Assembly: GCA_000004985.1 (NCBI GenBank)
Contig: GG738846.1
Direction: 5' to 3' (one strand)
Length of the DNA stretch: 64,000 bases
DNA from: Naegleria gruberi
Taxonomy: Eukaryota
The notes under the pieces are model-generated. The model was not told the DNA's origin, did not search any database, and was given only the letters and a program-made list of their open reading frames with translations. Made by a program: the position numbers and the translations under genes. Position 1 is the stretch's first letter; each line of letters begins with the position of its first letter. Below, in pieces: positions 8,430-20,864 of this stretch.

Positions 8430-11400
8430 TTATATATTGAATTTGGAAAGAATATTTGCTAAACGATCTGCAACCTCATCAAACGAAGGTCTCTCATCTG
8501 GATTTTGATCCCAACAATCTTTCATCAAGTCAATATACTGATCCACAACTGAAACTAAAATGTCAATATCCATATATTTCTTGTCATCTTTCATATACTC
8601 CTTAATCCATACCATACTGATCTCTCTTCAACAGTAGAGAATGGAATTTTAGGTCTGAATCCTTTGGAAACTTTGAGTGGAATACTGAAACTATTCACAT
8701 CTGTTATCTCAGACTTTGAAAATCTATTAATTTTTTCAGAACTTTGATTAATGTATGGATTCTCCTCAAAAAGTAACTCATACATTACAATGCCAAAACT
8801 GTAGACGTCCAACTTGTTAGAAATTGAAATATTACTGTCACCAATCAATTCCTTAATAAATTAATTATGAATAATGTTAGTACAAATACTTACAGGCTTT
8901 AAAGACAAGTTATTATACTATTGTTCAATTAATTAGTATTACTTACAGCCATATAAAGGATACTTCCTAAATTGGTAGTCATATTGGTTGAATTGGTATT
9001 TCCAATCAATTTAGACAATCCAAAATCACAAACCTTGGGTTGCATATTCTCATCTAATAAAATGTTAGCACTTTTTAAATCTCTATGAATAATCATTTTC
9101 GGTTTCAAGTTATGTAAATAACTCAAACCGTTAGAAACTCCAAATAAAATACGAATCTTATCAATTAGTTTGATCATTTTTCTTTTCAATCGAAGTTCAC
9201 TAATTAACTTATCCAATGAACCACCTCCAAGATATTCCATAACCATTAACTTTCTTCGATCTGTGATACAAACACCAAAGAATTGTATAACATTTGGATG
9301 TTTCAAACTGTTGAGTAAAAGAACTTCTCTTTCAAATGTATCTTCCTCCTGTTCTATCTCATCATCTTCATTGTAATCTACACTTTTAATAGCAACACTA
9401 ACTTGCTTCCATCTGGCTTTGTAAACCTGACCGAAACCACCTGAACCTATTTTCTCAACTAATTCTAATTCTTCTATTGGAATCAAATAGGATAATTGCT
9501 TTCCTCTTTCATCCTCTAATTCTAATTCAATATCGAGAAGCTTTTTTTCCATTTCCATTTCTGTCTTTTTTCTCTTATTCCAATACCTGTTTTTGTAAAT
9601 ATAGAGAGCTACACTAACCAGTAAGAAAAATACAAGACATGAAACCAACACTCCAACTGGAACTAGAATTTTGTAAAGCAGATTTTCATCCACATTACAA
9701 AGCTTTCCTGAAAACCCATCATGACAACTACAATTATTAGGACCAATACAATCACCATATCCAGAGCAAGATTCCACACCAATATTTCCAAAACAGATAG
9801 GAGTTTCACATTGCTTGCCAACATACATTGGTAAACTGTTATTGAATTGTTTGCAAACACAATTGTCCTTACTAACACAATTGCCATTTCCTCCACAAAC
9901 CAATTGATCTGTTGATAGGGTAGATATTGAATAACATGTAGGAATGGAGCAATCTGGACCAGCACTTCCTGTTAGACAACTACAAGTATCATAGCCAACA
10001 CAAAATCCAGAACGTTGGCACACTGTGAAATTATTCGAATCAATACCAAAACAACTAGTATGTTCACAATTATCTCCAAAATAGTTCTCTTGACAAACAC
10101 AATGGTCTGTTGAAACACATTTGCCTCTTCCAGAGCAAACTTGATTTGATTTTGATAACACCTCATAGCACATGAAGGAAGAGCAATCATTTCCAAAATA
10201 ACTAGTCTTGCATTTGCAGGTATTATAATCTACACAATTCCCCCAACCACTACAAACAAATGATTGATTGGTTGACGGGATGTTAAAACACGTTGTAATG
10301 TTACAATGAGGTCCAAAATAGCTGTTATCACACTGGCACTTGTCTATTCCAATACATTTACCGTGATTACATCCAGATTCTAATTTACCAAAACAAGTAA
10401 ATTGAGAACAATTTGTATTACCATAACCATAATTGCACACACAATAATCTGAAGATTGACAAATGCCATGTCCAGAGCAAACACTCGTGTCATTATAAGC
10501 AATTCCAAAACAAGATTTGTAATTTTTAGAGCTGTAAGACTGAATCAATAGATTTGAACGAGGAGAACTATATGCATTTCCTGTAAGGTCAATTAACCTT
10601 CCATAATAAACATATGAAACAGCAACGTATGAATTGGTTGCAGATATAAAAACTGAGTTCACATTCGTACCATTCACACGCAAAATCCATTCTGCATCCC
10701 TTAAATTGTTATCCAATGATTGAACTATAATTTCATTGTTTCTACAAGAATCAAACCTTGCTGCAATAAAAACAAGTGACTCGGTACCTGTCACTGAATA
10801 AATTGTAGATTTACAAGAACTCAACTGATTTGAAAGCATTACATTTTTTGTTTCAAGTTTTGGTAAACTCAATTCCACACATTCTAAAATAGTATTTGAA
10901 CCACACAGAATAACAGATGCTGTTCTTCTAACTATATATGTGTTCACTGTTGTAGAAAGATAAGATAGAATAGTACCATTTTGATAAAGTAGCATGACAT
11001 AATTTCCATTTAAACCATTTTTCTCAATTTTGACCAAGTTATTATCTGAATCTCTCCATGTGGTTGATTCACCTTGTGTGAAAAATCCAGTTAACACTAA
11101 CAAATCCATTCCACTAACTGATACTGGGTATATTCCAGTTACTAGTCTTGGATTTTTTCCCATGTCTTCAGTTGCAAAAGTTGTATCAATACTTTGAACA
11201 ACCCATTGTCTACTCCAATCTTTCAACCTTAACATTAAAGCGAAGGTATTGTAAACTTTTCCAGCTGAATCTTCATCACGAAAAACTTCAACTCCAAAAC
11301 TATTCGAATCACCAACATATCCAGTTACAAACAAGGAAGATCTATCGAATGCCAAACTCAAAATATTACCATAATAAACAACCATTTGTTGAGCCCACAG

Positions 11401-11805
11401 TCTTTCACCACTCGTGGCATTGTAAATCATCAATCCTGGACCTCCTGTGGCAAGAAAATCACAACAGGGCCATGAAGTTAGCAGAGAAACAGCCACATAT
11501 TCACAATCACCATTATTTTCAATTGATGTTTCTATGGCAGTCAATGTCGTTCCACAAGCTTCCAAAATCTCTGATTTGTACCATAAAATTTCATTGGTGG
11601 TCAAATCCATCTTTACCAAAAACATGTTACACTGATCATTCTTATACTTTGGATGCTTGATAATAATAGTTGGCGAAATACCAATGGAATTTCTAAAAAC
11701 ACCTCCAAAGAATATATTATTTCCAACCGCTTTGTGTTTAGCACTCTCTATTGCTCCAGTTTCGTTCAAGGTGGTGAAAGGAAAGAGCAAAATGAACCAA
11801 ACCAT
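8430..11805 (-). CDS. receptor-like protein kinase: signal peptide, large extracellular region, ~10 Cys-rich EGF/laminin-type repeats, TM helix, kinase domain (3 exons: 11805..8947, 8851..8599, 8554..8430)
   Basis: ATG at 11805..11803 with a signal-like MVWFILLFPFTTL. Repeated CxxGxGxCxxxDxCxCxxxYxGxxC modules. TM helix LVPVGVLVSCLVFFLLVSVALYIY. Kinase motifs GSGGFGQVYKA, HRDLKSANILLD, DFGLSK and DVYSFGIVMYELL. Intron 1 is 8852..8946 (GTAAGT…TTATTAAG). Intron 2 is 8555..8598 (phase-1 GTATAT donor; acceptor TTTTAG, or CAG six nt later at 8549-8554). Splicing restores the subdomain XI motif …YIDLMKDCWDQNPDERPSF. TAA at 8430-8432. Confidence 0.65.
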
Positions 11806-11842
11806 TATTATGATTCGAAAGAGAGCTATTTCAAGAAAAAAA

Positions 11843-13288
11843 ATGAAACAATTTTTTGTGGTGATTCAAAGGCTTGCACTCACTAAACAACAGCCTGGTT
11901 CCAGTGATGAATTGGAAAATAGAGCAGCTGCAGCCTATCCCTTTCCGAATGCGATTGGAAATTTGTTGAGTCATATTAGTAATTTAAAATATGAATCTGA
12001 TCATAAACAATCACTTTCCGATTTTACAATACCTAATCATGATGAAAATATTATTGATGATGAATCAATTAAATTGCTAGATTTTTTGAATATTGCTCCG
12101 AATGAAATTGTTTGCCTGATGGCACTTTTTCTGGATAATCGAACATTGGCTGCACTTTTGAGATGCTCCTCTCATGTAAATGACATTGTTGATGATGATG
12201 ATCAATTTTGGCAAATGAAGTGTGAGTCAATGATTTTCAATAGGAAAATATTGTCATCCTATAGAAATAGTGTTGCAAGTTATAAGAAACTTTATGAAGA
12301 GTTTATAGCTAAAAAACCTTACTATCATTTGAAAGATTCTCTTGAAAATGTGTTTACTTTTTTAGAGACCAGCGACTGTTCAATACTTTCCTCATTTGAT
12401 TTTGGATTGGTTTATATAGACCCTAGAGAATGTGTAGAATTTGCTGAACTAGAGGACTCTAATTCATTACCAATTGAGGAACAGAGGAGTATTGATATTG
12501 TTAGTAATAATTTTGTAAAAATGTTTACAATGGGAATTAGGGAGGTTGGTGTTCTTGTGGACGTTTCAAATTGTAACGAGTTTAATGAATCAGAATATCA
12601 CTCTAAAATATTCCCATTCATTACAGGGATGGGTAAAAGAGTTGGATTCAAGGCCGTCAACTTGTTCTTTATCAATTACAAGACAAATAAGGGAATTAGT
12701 GAGCTCACTTCAACTATTGAAAAATCTTACAGACCACTTCCTAGTTATGTTCAATCAAAACCTTTGAGAGGCTTTATTCTTGATATTGAAAAACAACAAC
12801 CAAAAGTGGGAGGTACAGATTTGGTTGCTAAAGTTGCAATTCTATCTGGTGGTTTCAACAAAGAAATGATTCCAGAGCCTAGAATTATTGGAGATAATAG
12901 ATATATTACTTTTAATTCCTATTACACAACTCCTCTATATTGTGATGATATTAAGCTCACTGAACCTTTAAAGATTCTACGGGTTCACATTAACTTACCA
13001 AATTCCAAGTTTCCACTCAAGAGAGACGAAAGTCTATATATTGTACAAGAAACAAGCCCACCAAGGAAAACAAAAAGCTTTACATGCCAGGTAATTAGTC
13101 TAGGGTTGGAAATGAAAAAAAGTGACTTTGCACTTTGTGTTGGATACTCTTTCAAGATTCTTGTTAGGATTAAAAGGTTCATTTCGAAAATCCAAATTGT
13201 GGAAGACTCTGTTTCTTTGCAATTGGTGCACATATCAATTTGGACAATTATCAATCTGAATTGTCTGAAGACAAGATTAAAAATGTGA
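11843..13288 (+). CDS. F-box domain protein
   Basis: ATG at 11843 (aaaaaaaATG), only 37 bp from the divergent kinase ATG. F-box-like motif LLDFLNIAPNEIVCLMALFLDNRTLAALLRCSSHV. TGA at 13286-13288. The track ORF start at 11657 overlaps the kinase CDS and is not ATG-supported. Confidence 0.5.
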   Translation: MKQFFVVIQRLALTKQQPGSSDELENRAAAAYPFPNAIGNLLSHISNLKYESDHKQSLSDFTIPNHDENIIDDESIKLLDFLNIAPNEIVCLMALFLDNRTLAALLRCSSHVNDIVDDDDQFWQMKCESMIFNRKILSSYRNSVASYKKLYEEFIAKKPYYHLKDSLENVFTFLETSDCSILSSFDFGLVYIDPRECVEFAELEDSNSLPIEEQRSIDIVSNNFVKMFTMGIREVGVLVDVSNCNEFNESEYHSKIFPFITGMGKRVGFKAVNLFFINYKTNKGISELTSTIEKSYRPLPSYVQSKPLRGFILDIEKQQPKVGGTDLVAKVAILSGGFNKEMIPEPRIIGDNRYITFNSYYTTPLYCDDIKLTEPLKILRVHINLPNSKFPLKRDESLYIVQETSPPRKTKSFTCQVISLGLEMKKSDFALCVGYSFKILVRIKRFISKIQIVEDSVSLQLVHISIWTIINLNCLKTRLKM

Positions 13289-13417
13289 CTGAGTTCCCAC
13301 CTGGTGCAGTGGCTGTTTGTAAAGCAATCAGTTCAGATTGATCATTTTTGAAATTGAATATAACTTGAGTTTTACCTTAATCTTTTAGATTTAGTAAATA
13401 TTATTTATTTTACAAAA

Positions 13418-14107
13418 TTAATGAGCGAATTGATCATATTTAGCTCTAACAGCAACCATTTGATCAGGATACAAGTAGCCCAATAAACCTAAGGCTCCAT
13501 AGTAAGAAGCAGCCAAAACTGCAACAATAGATGCCAAAACTACTGGTTTCTTCAATTTATACCCAAGAGCGACATTCAATCCATAAATTGAGTGATAAAC
13601 TCCACTGGTCAATAAGAGTCCAAAATAACCCATTGCTGCACCTTGACCTATTTCCTTCTCAGCTGCAAAAGCAATGGAAGCAAAAGAACCAGCATATGAA
13701 TGCATAAAACGAGTTCCAAAAATGTGCATTGGAACCAAAGCCCCCAAAGCATATCCAGTGTATGTGTGTAACTTTTTAGCAAGTGATGTATTGGCTGTGG
13801 CTGTTGATTTTTTTCCACTCATAAAGATCAATGAATTGGCAATCATGTGGACTACCAATGGAGCAAATACAACCAAACCTTCCATCATCATATTTGGTCG
13901 ATAGATTCCTCTTGTCTTTTCCAAGACGAGATCATAAGTAGCAGGTGAAACGGAGGCTGAAACTGTAGTAGCTACGTGGAGAGAGGCAAAAACAGAAAAG
14001 GCTACACCAGACCAGTGTTGAAGAGCACGGAGGAAAGATGATGAACCTGTTGTTGTCGATGATGTTTTTGCTTCTGTGACGGATGCTGTCTTGTTGTCTT
14101 GGGTCAT
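13418..14107 (-). CDS. Gly/Ala-rich multi-pass membrane protein, function unknown (229 aa)
   Basis: ATG at 14107..14105 (MTQDNKTASV…). The upstream part of the track ORF is an AT-rich promoter read-through. It has 4-5 hydrophobic helices with GxxxG-like motifs. Codon usage is richer in GC3. Confidence 0.5.
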   Translation of the reverse strand: MTQDNKTASVTEAKTSSTTTGSSSFLRALQHWSGVAFSVFASLHVATTVSASVSPATYDLVLEKTRGIYRPNMMMEGLVVFAPLVVHMIANSLIFMSGKKSTATANTSLAKKLHTYTGYALGALVPMHIFGTRFMHSYAGSFASIAFAAEKEIGQGAAMGYFGLLLTSGVYHSIYGLNVALGYKLKKPVVLASIVAVLAASYYGALGLLGYLYPDQMVAVRAKYDQFAH

Positions 14108-15164
14108 TTTTTTGTGTTTGTTGTAAATTTTGGAGATTTTCCAACCAATAGGGAGTTTTTTATGAGCGGAAAACTCAATGCCTCTAGTTATCGCATTAAA
14201 TACGCAGTTAATAGCGTACGTATAAATATTAAAATAAATTTCACTTTGTAAAAGCGTACGAAGGTCACCGAATGCAGAAAGGTGAAGCAGTTTAATTGTA
14301 AAACGATTGGTTAATGAAATTTCATTATGCAAAGTGCATAGAATACCTCTCAATTAACAAACAATCTTTCAATCTATTACCTAAATAATTCACTTTATTT
14401 CCTCAATTTTCAACTGTATCTATATTACCATTCTTGATATGCGTCATTTCCACACAGTCCCAAATACAGCAAAATAATCATTCATGCACTCACAGGCCTA
14501 CAATTCAATTAGAAAGAGAATCAATTTTAGCACCAATGGGAAGAGACACAAATTAATGTTACAAGTGGGGAGGAGGGGTAATAATCTTACTTTTAATTTA
14601 GGGGTGTTGGCTAGAAAATTACGAAATAATTGGGGGGTAAAAACATTATTTATTTAATTATTTCTTTACTAATTCTTCAAATTGTGATTTCTTTGGTACT
14701 CCACGTTTCTAATTCTATAGTGGTTCTTCTTCTTGTTCCAATTCCTTCTCTTGTTAAACCTATGGAATTATAGTTGCTGGGAAAGTCTTCTTAACTTTTT
14801 CTTTGGTTATTTTTGTCCGTATGTGGTGAAGTACAAACCATTGTATTGTGCTGGTTGTTGTTGATTAATCTTCCTTTCTATTTACAAAAGTGTCTTCTAA
14901 GGTAATGAATCATCAGTTTGTACCAATGGTTATCCTTAATTAATTTCTTGATGGTAATAGCTGTAAGAATTCATGAAGCGAAGGTAAGGCGTGTTATTGT
15001 TGTTGTGGAAACATTTGGAAGTGCGTGCTTTTGTAGAGGGTTAGTTGTATTGAGGTTTTTTTAAAATATTTTTTTACTTTTATTAAGCTAGCTTTTACAA
15101 TAAAGAAAAATCAAGCAAGCTGAAAGCGAAGCTTGGTTTTTCTTAAAATTTTAATAAAATTACA

Positions 15165-15214
15165 TTACACACGAGTGGGGTAGAGAAAATATTATTTTAC
15201 ATACGAGTGGGGTC
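15165..15214. promoter_or_regulatory. duplicated 17-mer TTACAYACGAGTGGGGT in divergent intergenic region
   Basis: Two copies sit at 15165-15181 and 15197-15213, ~210-260 bp upstream of the 15426 ATG. They lie in the shared upstream region of the divergently transcribed genes 13418-14107(-) and 15426(+). Confidence 0.25.
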
Positions 15215-15425
15215 AAAACGAAGGACCGTAATTAATGTCTCTTCCCAATAAGGCCATGCTTGTTATAAAACACTCTCAAACTGTAACCACTTGTCGATGA
15301 TTCAATTTTATCATGTTTCAATTAAGCATGTTTACTGTCGCCTCCATTGCACAACAATTTACCATAAAATTATGTGAGGAAAAAACTTTGGATTTTGAAA
15401 AGATGAAGTTGGTGCCTTAGAAAAA

Positions 15426-17053
15426 ATGAGAAACCTTGATGACGATCTTCACAACAACAACCAACAACAACAAGATTTGTTCGAAGAGGTCTTGCAAATG
15501 TATGGTAGTAGTACGGAGTGTGAGGATTTAGTGTTAGATTTTACATCATCGGATACGAACGGATTGATGAAGAGAGTAGAGTCGTATCTTTCTAGTGGAA
15601 GCAGTTGGTATAAAAAGTTGAAGGTTGATAAGGATATGGAGAGTCTTGATTCGTTTGGAATTAATGAGGTTTCCGACGAATTGGATGATGAGAAGAGTGA
15701 TTGTTCCTTTACCAATAGATATGAAGAATCGTTGAATTGGGAAGTTGATAATTATGAGGACACATTTGATGATTATCAGAATGTAGCTAGAAAGGAAAAA
15801 CCTTGTTGTAAAAAGTTTTCTCCTCTCATCAGAAGAACAAACATTAATTTAGAGTTCCTAGATCCTTCTCAATGTATTGAGGCTTCTTGTATCGGCTGTT
15901 CTTCATTGGAGCGAAAGACTTTGATTGTTTCGACATTGTTCATTGCATGTGAATCATCATCTGATCATTCATCCACATCATCATCTGACTCTCATTTGAA
16001 TTCATCATCATCATTATCATGCAATGTATCTTATTCGGCGATGGACTCATCCAATAGAGTCCTTCTTGTACATTCAAAAGTAGACATCAACAAGGAGACT
16101 GAAAAGCAACGGCTGATAAGGTTGGCCCTATTATCGAGTTCCATTTTGTACATAGTTGTAAACAAGGAAATTGAGGAAGCTATAGCACATCAGATCATGT
16201 AAGTTTATCATTGTTTACTGATGCGATCATTTTTGTTCACAGATCTGAAATTTTGAAAATATCTTCAAGTTTAACAGACGCTTTTAGAGCATCATCTACA
16301 GGTTCTTTATTAAGGATTCCGGATATTAGAGTACTTTTTTGTAGATCTGACTTGGTGTTGGATCAGTAAGTTTTTTATTTATTTCAGCATTGTTAAAAGT
16401 CAAAAAACTATAAATATATGATAACAATTCATCTAAATAGAGGATTGGCAAATAGAGTTGAGTTTTTAAATTTTGGAGAGAACACTGATTGGAATGAATG
16501 GATTGATGAAACATCTCCTATCATTAAGCAAATAATAGAAGGATCATTGAGAGAATTGGATACTGAGCATTCATTAAGGCTGTTCAGCATGGTGTCAAAC
16601 TATGTACACGACTATTTTGGAAATTTTAATAGTATTTATAACTTGATTAGTTCATTTACAAACTTTGACTGTTGTAATACTGATTTTATAATAGCTCAAA
16701 CAGCCATTACAACAGCCAAGATTATGACCAAGGTGAAAGAATTGGCAACTAAAAAGGAAATTGAATACAAGGACACAATCTCCAAGATTGAAACTGAAAG
16801 TAGGACCATCATCAGAAAAAAGAATAAGGAAATTGAAAAGCTTAAAAAACAACTGAACGAATTCAAAAAGAACTTCTACTCTACAGTTGACTTGACCGAG
16901 AAGGCAGAAAAGAAGCAGGAAACCAAGATTATTGATCTTTCATCGCATCTCATAGTTAATTCAAAACATGATTCAATGAATAGAAATGATCAATGTGGAC
17001 CAAAATCCATCCTACTACTTCCACCCTTACGTTTATGTTATCGACAAGTTTAG
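15426..17053 (+). CDS. hypothetical acidic/Ser-rich protein with coiled-coil C-terminal region (3 exons: 15426..16198, 16243..16365, 16441..17053)
   Basis: ATG at 15426. Intron 1 is 16199..16242 (44 nt, GTAAGT…TTTTGTTCACAG). Intron 2 is 16366..16440 (75 nt, GTAAGT…ATCTAAATAG). Both are phase-consistent and join three track ORFs into one frame. The terminal stop at 17051-17053 overlaps the MORN gene start, so the 3' end is uncertain. Confidence 0.45.
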
Positions 17054-17906
17054 AGTTTATGATGAGTTGAGAAAATCAAAGAATTATAGAGTTAAGAGAT
17101 ATAAGGATGGATCCAAATATGAGGGTGAATATGTCAATCATGCCAGAGAGGGACTGGGAACCTTTTTGAATGAGTTTGGAAATATCTATACAGGTTTCTG
17201 GCAGGATAACGAAAGACATGGATATGGAATGCAAGAATATAATGAAGGTAACAAGTATTGTGGACAGTGGAAGAAGGACGCAAAGCACGGCTATGGTACT
17301 TCATGGTATAAGGATGGAGGTGTTTTTACTGGAGAATATCTGGAAGGATTGAGAACTGGAAAAGGAATCTACACGTATCCGAGTGGAAATCAATATGATG
17401 GTGAATGGAAGAATGGTGTAAGAAATGGATTTGGTATCTATCGTTATTGTTCTGGAGAGGAATATTATGGAGATTGGGTTGATGATTTGAGAACTGGATT
17501 CGGAACCTATATTGGAGCTGATGGATCAAAATACGAGGGTGAATGGTCACAAGGATTGAAACATGGTGAAGGTACCTTGGTAAATGGAAATGAAAATTAT
17601 AAGGGATCATTTGTGAGTGGTAAAAAACATGGAAAGGGAAAGATTGTGTTCAATTGTTCCAAAGGTGGAGAAGATCCTCTCTCTTTTGAGGGATCGTTTT
17701 TGGAAGATGAAATGGAAGGAGATGGAAAGTACTTTTTAAAGAGTGGTGATGTTATTCATGTAATTGTATCAAAAGGAGTTGAAAAGATAATAACACGAGA
17801 GGTGTGCAAGTTCAAAACCTTCCTTTTAAATGCATGCGCTAAGAATCAAGATTATAACAAGGGATTTCACTTTGTGGATATCCTTATCAAAAGTAATAAT
17901 TTATAA
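16986..17906 (+). CDS. MORN-repeat protein (≥8 MORN motifs)
   Basis: Repeated Y-x-G-x-W-x-x-G-x-x-H-G-x-G motifs (YEGEYVNHAREGLGTF; YTGFWQDNERHGYGMQ; YCGQWKKDAKHGYGTS …). ATG at 16986 and TAA at 17904-17906. The N-terminus overlaps the previous gene's last exon in another frame. Confidence 0.55.
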   Translation: MINVDQNPSYYFHPYVYVIDKFRVYDELRKSKNYRVKRYKDGSKYEGEYVNHAREGLGTFLNEFGNIYTGFWQDNERHGYGMQEYNEGNKYCGQWKKDAKHGYGTSWYKDGGVFTGEYLEGLRTGKGIYTYPSGNQYDGEWKNGVRNGFGIYRYCSGEEYYGDWVDDLRTGFGTYIGADGSKYEGEWSQGLKHGEGTLVNGNENYKGSFVSGKKHGKGKIVFNCSKGGEDPLSFEGSFLEDEMEGDGKYFLKSGDVIHVIVSKGVEKIITREVCKFKTFLLNACAKNQDYNKGFHFVDILIKSNNL

Positions 17907-17919
17907 TAATAATAATAAT

Positions 17920-20647
17920 TTATTCAGTAACTACTTCTATTTCATTATTTGTTTGCTCGTCATCATCGAAAGGTAAATCAATAGCCAAACTCAAACAATT
18001 TCTTGCTATAATACTCCACAAATATGAAACAAAGAAAGGTTCAGTATCTCCATCTTCAGAGAAGTGTGAAGGCAAAAATTGAATAACTTTCAAGTGTTGC
18101 TCAGCTCTACTAGTCGACCAAAACTGAGATGCTTTATGAATGCACTCTAAGTAGCTCTCTGAACTCCACATTTTGGATTGTTGTGCATTATCCACATATT
18201 CATCAAATACATCATTGGAAATCTCTCTTGATGGTGACATGTGAGATTGTCCAACCTTGTCATTAATCATTTGTTTTCCTTCAATATTAATGATATTGGA
18301 AATTTGCACATCAAAATATTCTACTATTGTCTTTAAATTATGTACATAATCAGGGAATAATGACAATTCCTCAAGTCTCTTGACCACACGTCTCTGATAT
18401 AATAATTCATAAATTAGTCTCAAATTTTTCCTCAATCCACCCTCCTTGTTATTCACCAAAATACAATTTATAGTTTCTAGAGCAAACTTGAGTAAGGAAA
18501 AATGGGTTTCCTTGTCCTCTTCAGTGGATGATGGCAACATTCGTATCTTTTCAAATTTAATGGTCAACAATCTTGTAAGTGTGACCAATCTTTGAGCTGT
18601 ATACGTGTGCATGTTAGAAAAGTATGGACCAGAGTTGGAAATTATTGCAAGGCAAGACCTATTCAAAAACATATCCTTTTTGTGTGAAATATTATAGTGA
18701 ACAACAGAGATGAGTACAGCAACAATCAAACTTCCAAGATGAATTTCATCTAGAATTCTCTCAGTAAACCACGGTACGGAACTGATGACTTGCTTGTGGA
18801 TATTGATCATGAATGATGTGTCTTGAGTGAGAAGTGTGAGTACTACCAGAAGAGTATAAATGTGATTTGGCTTGTCATTCTTTGAATGGTAAATCTTGTG
18901 GAGGAGTGGTAACAAGATTGTCTCTGAGTCTGATTTTGAAAGAACAAACTCTCTGAATGATTTGTTGTCGTGTAACAAACTATAGGTGAGGAGTGTGCAT
19001 TCCTCCTCTTCAAAATCTCTCACAATAGAGTTGAATATCTTTTCAAATGATATTCCATTGTTGCTCTTATCGTCTGACTTGACTTTATATTCTGAATAGT
19101 CGTTAAAGCTCCACGAATTAAATTGAGAAATGATCACATCATCCAAGTTGGTTAGATTTGTAAAGTGTGAAAGGTATGGATTAAGTACTCGGTGATCATT
19201 CTTCCCATAAAATATCAATAACAGAAGATTCATTATACTTCTCCTACCAAGGAGTTCAGGAAGCATTTCACTGAGTTTCTCGCTATATTCAATTTCCTTT
19301 GTTTCCTTATAAAAGATATTTCTATAGGCATTATAGGGCAAGAAGAGGATTGAGGAAGCAGTCTCTCCCAATTTGGAAAAGATTTTTTGGAGTGTAGTTC
19401 TAATTGAAACTTGGAATGGTGATGCCTCCTTCTTTGTAATTCTATATGTTATATGGTTTTGCAAGAGGGCATGTATCAATCTATTTGGATCAAATGATTT
19501 ACAACTTGATTTGAACTGTTTTCTAATTCTCATAATGGAAATTGCCTCCTGCAGGAAGATATTATGCTCTCTGCTTGATTCTTGAATTTTACCAATGGTA
19601 TCATGTACTTCTTCCTCTTCCTGATCCTCATTAATGACGCCTCCATAGAGAGAGGTACTAAATAATATTAAAAGACAGTTCATAACCTCCAAATGCAGTA
19701 AATAATTATGAATTGTCACTCGATTCTCACTCAAAAACAATAAAATAGTCTCTATGAATATTCTCACCACTAGAGGTGAGTGAATTCTATTCTTTCCTTC
19801 CATTTCAAATTCTGGATCTCTTTCCTCATCAATATAACAATAATTTTCAATGAGATTGGCAGACAATTTGAAACCTGGTGGTAAATTATACAAGTGTGTT
19901 TTTAAATACTCTGCATTATTTTCACAATCCATTATAATTCTATGAATGAGATATCTAAAGATTACAAAGGCATTGCAAGTGACAAGAATTGCCTCTCTAT
20001 TCACTGTGGATAAATCCTCTTCAGTGTTTGACTCATCCGACTTTCCCTCTTCCATTCTCAAAATTAACCACTGTGATAATTGTAACATGAAGGCACTCAA
20101 TGATCCTGTCTGTAAATTATTTCCATCTATTCATTTGATTATTATCCACAACAAGTTGTTGTTATCATTATGTAATTAATTAAAATAATATTATATATTG
20201 TCAATATTACAAAGATTTTGAATCAAAATTAATGAATTAACTCTCTGATCAGAGAGAGATGTAATAATTTTAATACCTACGTAAAAGTGATGCATATTTA
20301 AACAAGTGTTTATCCAAAATATCAGGATGAAGTAAAGACAATGGAAAGTAATCTCCGATATTGAGTACAGATGAAGAAGAAACAGCTCGAGCTACAAGCC
20401 CAATTCCACTACTGGTGGATGATTTCTCACCACCATCGGATAATGTACCATTGTTTTGTTGTGGTTGTTGTTGATTGGAAAACGTTGATTGAGAAATAAT
20501 AGTTTGAGAAATGGATAAGAGAGACTGATACGCAAATTTACTCCAAAATTCATCATGATTTCTAATAGGCTCTGCTCCACACAAATCATTTAGAAAATCA
20601 TTTTGGCCAATAGTATTTTCAACCGATGATGAAAAGGTTCCTCCCAT
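17920..20647 (-). CDS. dymeclin (DYM) homolog, 2 exons (20647..20281, 20126..17920)
   Basis: The N-terminus MGGTFSSS…NDFLNDLCGAEPIRNHDEFWSKF parallels the dymeclin N-myristoylated MGxxxS…DPFWNQLL start. The intron is 20127..20280 (154 nt, GTAGGT…GAATAG, phase 1) and joins in frame. The total is ~857 aa, including a Q-rich insertion. TAA at 17920-17922. Confidence 0.55.
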
Positions 20648-20864
20648 ATTATTATTATTATTATTATTATAATTGTAAAAAGTCTATATTAAATGTATTC
20701 TGCTTGATGATGATATTATTGTGTTTTTTAAAAAGCTTTCCGAAAGATCTTGTTGTGTGTGATGAAGAATTTGATTTTTTTTTCTTTTGAAACAAAAAGG
20801 AAGCAAGTTTTTTAATTTTCAATATCAATTAAGAAATTGACCTAGTGCTCAAAAATGGGTAATC

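Noticed and set aside
11148-11660. 170-aa + strand ORF and 11447-11635 ORF as genes
   Set aside because: They lie antisense inside the receptor-kinase coding exon. They are His/Gln/Leu-rich antisense artefacts of the Cys-codon-rich strand.
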